Part shown: piece by piece, positions 43,855 to 54,733 of the stretch
Numbering within the stretch: position 1 is the stretch's first letter
Layout of the letters: each line of letters starts with the position of its first letter
Assembly (NCBI GenBank): GCA_964518275.1
Contig: CAZFFG010000002.1
Location: 1-54,733 of the forward strand
From: an uncultured bacterium
GTDB taxonomy: Bacteria; Deinococcota; Deinococci; Deinococcales; Trueperaceae
Length of the DNA stretch: 54,733 bases
Reading direction: 5' to 3'
Notes under the pieces: generated by a model
The model's database searches: none
Seen by the model: only the letters and a program-made list of their open reading frames with translations
What the model was told of the DNA's origin: nothing
Program-made: the position numbers and the translations under genes

Positions 43855-43986
43855 ACTGCCCTCGGCGACCATAGCTATAACTTTGGCACATTTCTGCCCG
43901 CGTGTGGTGGACTTCACCCGGTCAGAGCGGCCTTTTCGGTAGTGAGAGCAGGCTATTAGAGCTTCATGAGCGTTATGCGTGAACGG

Positions 43987-45099
43987 TTAGGGGTGCGTTG
44001 TGGGGCCCTGCGCGGCTATCTCAGCCCGCAGAACCGGCGCTACCTCCGTTCCGAACAGCTCGATGGCCTTCATGACTTTCGCGTGTGGGAGGGTACCCAC
44101 GCTGATCTGCAGGAGGAAGCGCTCATGACCGAACAACTCGTGGTGAGTCAGGACCCTCTCCACGATCTCGTCTGGTGTGCCCACGAGGTTGGCTCCGCTG
44201 GGACCCCGGGAGCGCTCGAACTGTTCGCGGCTAAGGGGTGGCCAGCCCCGTTCGCGACCGAGGCGGTTCATCATCATCGCGTAGGCGGGGTAGTAGTCGG
44301 CGCCCGCCTGAGCGGAGTCGGACGCAACGTACCCGTGCATGTTCAGGCTCACACGCAGCGTCCCGGCGTCGTGACCGGCCTCAGCACCCACGCGGCGGTA
44401 CAGGTCCGCGTAGGGTCCGAACTGCGCCGGGTTACCGCCGATGATGGCCAAGGCCATCGGCAGCCCCAGGGTCGCCGCCCGAACCACCGACTGCGGGGTC
44501 CCACCCACCGCCACCCACACAGGTAGCTGCGGCTGCACCGGCCGTGGGTAGACGCCACGCTCGTCGATGGACGCGCGGTGTCTCCCCTGCCAACTGACCA
44601 CTTCGCGGTCGCGCACCTTCAGCAGCAGCCGCAGCTTCTCCTCGAAGAGCTCGTCGTAGTCGGTGAGCTCGTAGCCGAACAGCGGGAAGGACTCCACGAA
44701 AGAGCCGCGGCCCGCCATGATCTCGGCGCGGCCACCAGACACCAGATCCAGCGTGGCGAACTGCTGGAAAACGCGCACAGGGTCATCCGACGAGAGCACG
44801 CTCACCGCGCTGGTGAGCCGGATGCGCTTGGTGCGGGCGGCAGCCGCCGCCAGGACCACGGCAGGCACCGAGGCAACGTAGTCGGGCCGGTGGTGCTCGC
44901 CAACCCCGAAGACGTCGAGGCCCACCTGGTCGGCTAGCTCCACCTCCTCTAGGAAGTTCGCCACGCGCTGCTGAGGCGAGAGGAGCTCGCCGGTGACCTG
45001 GTCGGGGGTCAGTTCGACGAAGGAGTAAAGCCCCACCTCGAACGGGGTCGGTGTTTCGGCTCGTGGCTGCTCGCCAGCACTTGCTGTAGGCGTGGTCAC
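43987..45099 (-). CDS. LLM-class (luciferase-like) flavin-dependent oxidoreductase
   Basis: TIM-barrel LLM pattern ([24 protein letters not shown]). GTG start. Confidence 0.85.
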   Translation of the reverse strand: MTTPTASAGEQPRAETPTPFEVGLYSFVELTPDQVTGELLSPQQRVANFLEEVELADQVGLDVFGVGEHHRPDYVASVPAVVLAAAAARTKRIRLTSAVSVLSSDDPVRVFQQFATLDLVSGGRAEIMAGRGSFVESFPLFGYELTDYDELFEEKLRLLLKVRDREVVSWQGRHRASIDERGVYPRPVQPQLPVWVAVGGTPQSVVRAATLGLPMALAIIGGNPAQFGPYADLYRRVGAEAGHDAGTLRVSLNMHGYVASDSAQAGADYYPAYAMMMNRLGRERGWPPLSREQFERSRGPSGANLVGTPDEIVERVLTHHELFGHERFLLQISVGTLPHAKVMKAIELFGTEVAPVLRAEIAAQGPTTHP

Positions 45100-45240
45100 G
45101 TGTCACCTGCTTTCGGGATCGCGTCGGGAGCGTTGAGTTCTCGCTAGTGGCGGGCCCCGGCCGCACGCTACAGCAATGCTAGCCAGCGTGCGCCCGCACT
45201 GAGGTAACGCCCGCGAGCTAGCGCTCCTCCGTTCGGTCGA

Positions 45241-45269
45241 TTGTGCGCTGGACCGCAAGCATGTAGAAT
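45241..45269 (+). promoter_or_regulatory. Promoter TTGTGC-N17-TAGAAT upstream of the TetA-like MFS gene
   Basis: Hexamers at 45241-45246 and 45264-45269, about 90 nt upstream of the ATG at 45359. Confidence 0.45.
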
Positions 45270-45358
45270 CCGCTTCTGCTCGCCGGGCCCCGGCTCGAGG
45301 CGCCCAACTGCGCCCAGCCGTCACGCTGTGCGAGCGACCGAACGAAGGAGCCACGAAC

Positions 45359-46627
45359 ATGTCTCGACGCAAGGCGGCGCTGCCGTTCATCTTGGTGACG
45401 ATCATCATCGATGTGCTCGGCATCGGACTCCTCATCCCCGTACTGCCGGAGCTCGTGACCCAACTCGCGGGCGGCGACCTCAGCCGCGGTTCCTCCTACT
45501 ACGGTTGGTTCATCGCGGTCTACGCCGCGATGCAGTTCCTGTTCGCACCGGTGCTCGGCGCGCTATCGGACCGCTTCGGGCGGCGTCCCGTGCTGCTCCT
45601 CTCGCTGCTCGGCGGCGGGCTCGATTACCTAGTGATGGCTGTGGCGCCGAACCTCACCATCCTCTTCATCGGTCGCGTGATCTCCGGCATCACTGGGGCC
45701 AACATCACCGCCGCGAACGCGTACATCGCCGACGTGAGTGCGCCCCATGAACGAGCCAAGAACTTCGGGCTTCTCGGTGCCGCGTTCGGCGTGGGGTTCA
45801 TACTCGGACCCGCGCTGGGCGGGCTCCTGGCCGGCATCGACCTACGCGCGCCTTTCTACGCAGCCGCGTTGATGTCGCTACTCAACTGGCTGTACGGGGC
45901 GTTCGTGCTGCCGGAGTCGCTGCAACCGGAGAACCGGCGCCACTACTCGTGGCGTCGAGCCAACCCCTTGGGGTCCTTGGCGGCGCTGCGCCGTAGTGCC
46001 CTAGTAGGCGGCCTGGCGTTCGTGTACGTGTGCGTGGGCCTAGCGCAGAACTCTGTGCACTCGGTGTGGGTGCTCTACACCACCTACCGGTACGGCTGGA
46101 CGCCGTTCCACAACGGACTGTCACTCACGTTCGTCGGGGTCATCTCAGCCGTGGTACAGGGCTGGCTCGTGCGGTTGGTCGTACCGCGCGTGGGCGAGCG
46201 TAACGCCGTGCTCATCGGCCTCGGCACCTCCACCCTGTCGTTCGCCCTTTACGGTTTCAGCACCACAGGCTGGATGATGTACGTCGTGATGGTGATCGGC
46301 GGCCTCGGCGGACTGGCCGGCCCCTCGGCGCAAGCGCTCATCTCGCGAGCGGTCCGCGCCGACGAGCAGGGCGAGGTGCAGGGCGCGTTGGCTAGCCTGA
46401 TGAGCCTGACCGGCGTAGCGGCGCCGCTCGCGGCCACCATGCTCTTCGCGCACTTCACGCGGCCTGCGGCGCCGGTCGCGATCCCGGCGGCGCCTCTCTT
46501 CATGGCGGCGGCGCTGGCAGCGCTGTCTTTATGGGTGTGCTGGCGCCTGTTCCGGCGCGTGCCCGAAACGGTGGCGGAGACAGCCACGCCCGCGCCGACG
46601 GTCGCGGAGACGGCCGAGGCCGCCTAG
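45359..46627 (+). CDS. MFS drug/H+ antiporter (TetA-like, 12-TM)
   Basis: Motif A GALSDRFGRRPVLL. AAGGAG lies upstream of the ATG. Confidence 0.88.
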   Translation: MSRRKAALPFILVTIIIDVLGIGLLIPVLPELVTQLAGGDLSRGSSYYGWFIAVYAAMQFLFAPVLGALSDRFGRRPVLLLSLLGGGLDYLVMAVAPNLTILFIGRVISGITGANITAANAYIADVSAPHERAKNFGLLGAAFGVGFILGPALGGLLAGIDLRAPFYAAALMSLLNWLYGAFVLPESLQPENRRHYSWRRANPLGSLAALRRSALVGGLAFVYVCVGLAQNSVHSVWVLYTTYRYGWTPFHNGLSLTFVGVISAVVQGWLVRLVVPRVGERNAVLIGLGTSTLSFALYGFSTTGWMMYVVMVIGGLGGLAGPSAQALISRAVRADEQGEVQGALASLMSLTGVAAPLAATMLFAHFTRPAAPVAIPAAPLFMAAALAALSLWVCWRLFRRVPETVAETATPAPTVAETAEAA

Positions 46628-46647
46628 GCGCTTAGGCCGCGCCGCTG

Positions 46648-47055
46648 TTAGCGAGTGGGTACGAGGCGCATAACGCCGTTGACGCGGTTATCCGGCATCT
46701 CGGCCAGGTAGACCTCGAGCTGGCCGAGGTTCTTGTTCGGGAGCATGAGCGACACCGTCCAAACACCGTTCCCAGAGCGCCAACCGCCGCTGGCGAGCCC
46801 AACCGCGCCGTACTCGGCCACTATCTCCGTAAGGCGCTCCGCCAGGTAGCTGGCGCTGGCGGCGCGCGCCTCGAAGCAGAGTTCGGCCGCTTCGGTGACG
46901 GCGCCTTCGCACGGCACGCTCTCAGCGTGGAAGGCCGCCAGTAGGTCGCTGACGACGTAGCCGTACGGGCTGATCTCGATGCTGTCTCGGGCAACGCCCA
47001 TGGGAGCGAGGAGCAGTAGCAGGCAGGAGAGTAACGTTAACAGGCCTCTTGTCAT
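46648..47055 (-). CDS. Hypothetical secreted protein
   Basis: The ATG at 47055 gives the signal peptide MTRGLLTLLSCLLLLLAPMGVARD. No motif recognised. Confidence 0.5.
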   Translation of the reverse strand: MTRGLLTLLSCLLLLLAPMGVARDSIEISPYGYVVSDLLAAFHAESVPCEGAVTEAAELCFEARAASASYLAERLTEIVAEYGAVGLASGGWRSGNGVWTVSLMLPNKNLGQLEVYLAEMPDNRVNGVMRLVPTR

Positions 47056-47292
47056 GATGTTCGGGGGCCATCGCGAAGGCTTCACGATGGGTCTTCGCCC
47101 GAGCTTACCGCAGGCTTGCTGCGAGGTCGTTAATGCTCCGCGCTTGCACGCGCGCATGGCCAGTAGGCGAGGTCGAGCCGCAAGTCAGCGGCGCGCACAG
47201 GGCTAACGCGCGCGCATGGGCAGTTGCCTAAGGCTGCGCGGCTCACGCCCCCGCCTTGCCGCGCCCGGCAAGTAGCCCAGGTAGAGTGGGCC

Positions 47293-48231
47293 ATGGATGA
47301 AGCAGCGCCGGACCCGGCCGCCGGCTGTAACGACCCCGAGGAGCTGAAGCGTCAGCTCGAGGCCACGGGCGACTACCGCGTTCTTAGGCGACTCACCCCA
47401 GTGTCTGAGTTCAACCCGCCCAACCTCGAGAAGAAGTACGTGGCGGTCTTCCTAGACACGGAGACCACGGGTCTAGAGCCTGGTAAGGACACCATCATCG
47501 AGCTAGCCATGGTGGCGTTCGAGTACGACGTACACGGCAACGTGTATCGCGTGCTGCGCACCAGCAGCCAGTTAGAAGACCCCGGTAGGCCCATCCCTCC
47601 TGAGATCGTGCGGCTCACGGGCATCACCGACGAGGAGGTAGCGGGTCAACGCATCTCCGAAGAGGAAGTCAACGAGTTCCTGGCAGACGTCCGGCTGGTG
47701 GTGGCGCATAACGCCGCGTTCGATAGGCCCTTCGTGGAGCAGCGCCTCCCCCGCTTCGCAGAGCTACCGTGGGCGTGCTCCCTGGTCGACGTGGGTTGGC
47801 GCGACCTCGGCTTCGCCAGCGGCGGCATGGAGTACTTGGCGTTCCGTCACGGCTTCTTCTTCGACGCGCACCGCGCGCTCATCGACAGCCTGGCCGGCGT
47901 CACCATCCTCGCCAGCAAGGAGAACGGCACCGGAAGCACCACCATGGCGCTGCTTCGCGAGAACGCCCTACGTAACAGCGTGCTCCTCTGGGCCGAGAAC
48001 TCCCCGTACGACTCCAAGGACCTCCTCAAGGAGCGTCGATACCGCTGGAACCCGGAGGCGCGTGCATGGTGGACAGAGATCCCCGAGGAGCAACACGCGG
48101 CCGAGCTTGAGTGGCTGGCGAGCAACGTGTACGGGCGGCGGGTGGCTCTCCCCTACGTACGGGTCACAGCCAAAGAGCGTTACTCGCTACGCGTTCCACA
48201 AGCGGTACCGACCAACGCAGATCGCGCGTAG
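47293..48231 (+). CDS. DEDDh 3'-5' exonuclease with a C-terminal W-rich domain
   Basis: ExoI VFLDTETTGL, ExoII VAHNAAFDRPF, ExoIII HRALIDS. C-terminus RYRWNPEARAWWTEIPEEQHAAELEWL. TAGAGT lies 5 nt upstream of the ATG. Confidence 0.8.
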   Translation: MDEAAPDPAAGCNDPEELKRQLEATGDYRVLRRLTPVSEFNPPNLEKKYVAVFLDTETTGLEPGKDTIIELAMVAFEYDVHGNVYRVLRTSSQLEDPGRPIPPEIVRLTGITDEEVAGQRISEEEVNEFLADVRLVVAHNAAFDRPFVEQRLPRFAELPWACSLVDVGWRDLGFASGGMEYLAFRHGFFFDAHRALIDSLAGVTILASKENGTGSTTMALLRENALRNSVLLWAENSPYDSKDLLKERRYRWNPEARAWWTEIPEEQHAAELEWLASNVYGRRVALPYVRVTAKERYSLRVPQAVPTNADRA

Positions 48232-48425
48232 CGGCGGCCGCCATGCCGTTATGGCGCACGCAATAACTCCATGGGGGCGGCGGTCATTCGCACCAGAGCA
48301 ACCAGCTCTCCTCCCGTAGGCGCTCCGTCTCGCATCTCGGGGTTCGCCCGACCGTTGCGACCGAACGCCAGGAGCAACGGGTCGAGGCGAGCCGGCAGCG
48401 TGGAGCTTATAGGCAAGGGGAACGA

Positions 48426-48465
48426 CAGGCGGGGCCGCGTCCCGTAATGGACGCGGCCCCGCCTG
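48426..48465. terminator. 17-bp perfect hairpin between the convergent exonuclease and cytochrome c genes
   Basis: caggcggggccgcgtcc-cgtaat-ggacgcggccccgcctg. A second small hairpin, ccggcc-caac-ggccgg, follows. Confidence 0.65.
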
Positions 48466-48516
48466 CGTGCCGGCCCAACGGCCGGGGTCGTTTACCTAAG
48501 AGCGGTCGAGCTGGGC

Positions 48517-49020
48517 TTACTCGAGGCCGAGCGCCTGGCGGAGTTCGTAGACCTCGGAGGAGCTCCACATGCCGCCGCGCTGCGCGGCGACCTCGTCGGC
48601 GGTGAACGCCAGGAAACCGTCCGGCAGTTGAGCAGCGTTGTCCCACGCCACCGCTACGTAATTGAGAACGTCGGCAACCTGCTGGTCGTCGAACTGGCCC
48701 ACGTGCGGGGTCATAACGCTGTTGTAGGGGATGCCGTCGATCTCGATAGCGCCCATGAGCCCGAAGAGAACCACGTTGATGACGTAATCGCGGCCGCCTT
48801 CGACCGCGACCAGCTCAGGGAAGTGGTTGTTGAGGGGCGGGAAGGCATAGGGGGTGCCCTCGCCGTTCATCATGTGGCACGCCAGGCACACGGAGTTGTA
48901 GGTGGCTTCGCCGGCGGAAGTGTCGACTTCCCCGACGGGGGTGCCCTGCGCTGACACGAGGGGGATCGCGACGATCAGGCATAGCACCGCTGGAGCGAGG
49001 ATCTTGAACAGTCCTTTCAT
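48517..49020 (-). CDS. Class I c-type cytochrome (secreted)
   Basis: Signal peptide and haem-binding CLACH. AGGAGG lies upstream of the ATG. Confidence 0.85.
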   Translation of the reverse strand: MKGLFKILAPAVLCLIVAIPLVSAQGTPVGEVDTSAGEATYNSVCLACHMMNGEGTPYAFPPLNNHFPELVAVEGGRDYVINVVLFGLMGAIEIDGIPYNSVMTPHVGQFDDQQVADVLNYVAVAWDNAAQLPDGFLAFTADEVAAQRGGMWSSSEVYELRQALGLE

Positions 49021-49039
49021 TCTCTACCTCCTGTATTTA

Positions 49040-49054
49040 TCTCGGTAGCCGAGA
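49040..49054. promoter_or_regulatory. 6-3-6 palindrome TCTCGG-TAG-CCGAGA just upstream of the cytochrome c SD
   Basis: Read directly. It lies in the divergent cytochrome c / Crp-family intergenic region. Confidence 0.35.
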
Positions 49055-49154
49055 AAGCTGGCAAGAAAGGGCCCTCGGATGCCCGTTCCGGCGCGGTGGT
49101 GCTAGGATACCGCGCTACGAACACGTTGTGCCGCCCGGTTGTAGCGTAAGAGCC

Positions 49155-49946
49155 ATGGATGAAGGTACGCGTAAAGCGCTCTCACCTTCCGGGTCCGGCG
49201 AGTGGCCACCCGACGACCTGCCGCCCCAGCAGTGCAGCCCTGAGTTGAGGCGCCACGTTCTGGCCCTCGTGCCGTACTTCGTGGGCCTTAGCGAGTCGGA
49301 ACTCGAGGAAGTGCACGCCGCCTTCACGGCGCGTCACATGTTGGCGGGCAACGCGCTCGTTGCGGCCGGCGATCCGGCTGAGTCGCTGTTCGTCATCGTA
49401 AGTGGCCGGGTGAAGCTCGTCTCGGACGGCGCGGACGGTAGCGAACTGATGGTCGACGTGCTCGGCCCAGGCGATTACTTCGGCGCCCTGCCCCTCTTAG
49501 GTCAGTCCGCCAACGAGCAGCGCGCGGAGGCCATCACGGGCGGTTGTGTACTCGTGACCTCTACTGATGCCTTCGGGTCGCTCGTGACGCGCTTCCCGAC
49601 CGTGGCCGTGGCCGTTCTCGAGGACGTGAGCAGCCGGCTGCGGAGCGCCCACGCGCGGTTACATGAGGCGGCGTCCGCGCCTGTGGAGGCTCGGCTGGCC
49701 TCTACCCTGCTGACGCTGAGCGCTCGCTTCGGGACGGATTCCAACGGGGGCCGCACCCTAGGGGTGCCGCTGAGCCAGGAGGACCTGGCGGCGTTGGCCG
49801 GAACCACGCTGGAGACCGTGAACCGGGTGCTGGCGGGGTGGCGCAAGCGCGGCTGGGTGACGACCGGCCGACTCAAGTTGCTGATCAACGCCCCCGAGGA
49901 GCTCGAGATGGTGAGCGGACGGGCTTATACCGAACGGTCTAGCTAG
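49155..49946 (+). CDS. Crp/Fnr-family transcriptional regulator
   Basis: cNMP-binding fold (LFVIVSGRVKL...GPGDYFG) and HTH SQEDLAALAGTTLETVNRVLAGWRKRGWV. The ORF is open from 49128. Confidence 0.85.
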   Translation: MDEGTRKALSPSGSGEWPPDDLPPQQCSPELRRHVLALVPYFVGLSESELEEVHAAFTARHMLAGNALVAAGDPAESLFVIVSGRVKLVSDGADGSELMVDVLGPGDYFGALPLLGQSANEQRAEAITGGCVLVTSTDAFGSLVTRFPTVAVAVLEDVSSRLRSAHARLHEAASAPVEARLASTLLTLSARFGTDSNGGRTLGVPLSQEDLAALAGTTLETVNRVLAGWRKRGWVTTGRLKLLINAPEELEMVSGRAYTERSS

Positions 49947-50058
49947 AGGGGTTACGTTCGCGGTTCTTGCCGGCTACAGCGGGCCTTGTGAGCCTGCAGC
50001 GCTCACTCCGCGGTGTCTCGCGTTCGGGGCGCGCAGCGGCTGAGCCTCCGTTGGAGCC

Positions 50059-53909
<3,851 letters not shown>

Positions 53910-53984
53910 CTACGCGTAGCGCACGCGGAGTTCAGGGTCCGGGTCGCTTGTGGCCCGCACCTATATATAGGTTTGTTGTTTGCG

Positions 53985-54044
53985 GTTACTGGATCTGCAG
54001 TTACCGGGCCTGGAGTTACCGGGCCTGGAGTTACCGGTGCGCGA
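53985..54044. repeat. 15-bp tandem repeat x4 (gttaccgggcctgga perfect x2, flanked by diverged copies)
   Basis: Units at 53985, 54000, 54015 and 54030, located 85-145 nt upstream of the ligA start. The 12-bp palindrome CCTATATATAGG lies at 53960-53971. Confidence 0.8.
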
Positions 54045-54342
54045 TGTCGCGCTGCGCGTTCTCGAGCCAGGCGGGCCGCAGGGTTTGCTCTAACGGCGTT
54101 TGCTCCAGCGGCGCCTGCGCCTGCTTGGCTACGACGGGCAACGGGGCGGGACGCGCCCGACGACCACCGCGACCAGGTACCGCTTGTGGCAAGGGCAGGC
54201 CGCCCTGACCATTGCCGCGCACCACGCGCAGGGAGCGGCGCTCGAACCAGCCTTCTATAAGGTCGTGAACCGCGACCAGGAGGGCAGTTACGAGACCGAG
54301 GCCTGCGAAGAAGAGTGTGATGGTGAGCGCCGTGATTGCCAT
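54031..54342 (-). CDS. Possible small membrane protein (103 aa)
   Basis: One clear TM helix (AITALTITLFFAGLGLVTALLVAV). An in-frame PLEQT PLEQT duplication is encoded by a second 15-bp tandem repeat (54083-54112). The SD is weak. Could be spurious. Confidence 0.3.
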   Translation of the reverse strand: MAITALTITLFFAGLGLVTALLVAVHDLIEGWFERRSLRVVRGNGQGGLPLPQAVPGRGGRRARPAPLPVVAKQAQAPLEQTPLEQTLRPAWLENAQRDIAHR

Positions 54343-54560
54343 GTGCACACCATACCTTAGTTAATAAGGTAGCGATGTGAGGCGAGCCACATGCGGCTCC
54401 TGTTGTGACTCGTAACACCGCTATAGCGTAGAGGGTTCGCTTGAGCTTCACAGCGCATGCCATATCAATAGCCCACACTCCCTAGGCTGGAGCCGACCTC
54501 CGTCACCTACTGCCGCACCCAGGTCGTAGACTCGCCTCACACTTCGCCTGAGGGGGTCCA

Positions 54561-54733
54561 ATGCGCCGCTCCACTTCCGTCGTCTCAGATCGCCTGGCGG
54601 GTCGCCGTGTACGAGACTCGTTCGCGGTCGAGAACCGCCTGGGTCACCGCGTAGTCACGCTCCCGGGCTTGGCAACGCAACTCGCCGGCGGCTTCGCGGG
54701 GAGCATCCCTGCCTCTCACATCAAGAAGGCGCT
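54561..54733 (+). CDS. Possible 5' fragment of a CDS running off the window
   Basis: The ATG lies 4 nt after GAGGGGG and the frame is open to the window end. No motif recognisable in 57 codons. Confidence 0.2.
   Translation, partial: MRRSTSVVSDRLAGRRVRDSFAVENRLGHRVVTLPGLATQLAGGFAGSIPASHIKKA

Noticed and set aside
53985-54112. The 15-bp tandem repeats as a possible CRISPR array.
   Set aside because: The units are directly adjacent with no spacers, are only 15 bp long with 2-4 copies, and no cas genes are present.

Overview
This is a visibly G+C-rich bacterial chromosomal segment (roughly two-thirds G+C by eye, not computed). It is densely coding on both strands, with no rRNA, tRNA or CRISPR array that I can support. 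Gene content and the frequent -10-box-next-to-ATG arrangement fit a Deinococcota-like or similar high-GC lineage, but taxonomy cannot be settled from this window.

Content from left to right:
- an ABC exporter half-transporter, then a complete Bce-type peptide-antibiotic sensing and detoxification module (OmpR-type RR, intramembrane-sensing HK, ABC ATPase, FtsX-type permease) with a matching BceR-type box
- an MFS-HD-small ORF-nagB operon
- two translationally coupled secreted proteins
- RarA carrying a ~290-aa methyltransferase-fold C-terminal extension
- lepB, and a large HerA/DUF853-like P-loop ATPase divergent from polA
- surE, and a DEDDh exonuclease gene translationally coupled to dinB
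- CBS, FAD-oxidoreductase and Crp genes, then HU, HxlR/YceI and AlkA-like/TetR
- a LysN-like aminotransferase and an orphan Xer-like tyrosine recombinase
- a GAF-GGDEF cyclase, and divergent znuA/zur with a perfect Zur box
- an extremely acidic D/E/W-tailed protein
- an ORF-free, A/T-rich island holding a perfect 9-6-9 palindrome
- a FadR-type GntR regulator with repeated operators
- a 573-594-aa mostly disordered putative DNA-binding protein
- an LLM oxidoreductase, a TetA-like MFS transporter and a second DEDDh exonuclease
- cytochrome c with a second Crp, and a translationally coupled ligA-polX pair preceded by 15-bp tandem repeats

I see no recognisable canonical defence system or mobile element. 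The most unusual items are:
1. the dif-like palindrome, whose A/T-rich 9-mer recurs four times, once beside the recombinase
2. the RarA-methyltransferase-fold fusion
3. the exonuclease-dinB and ligA-polX couplings
4. the orphan HerA-like ATPase
5. two odd proteins, the acidic W-repeat tail protein and the AbrB-like/disordered/wHTH protein

Start codons are my best estimates. The ORF track shows M for alternative starts such as GTG and TTG.
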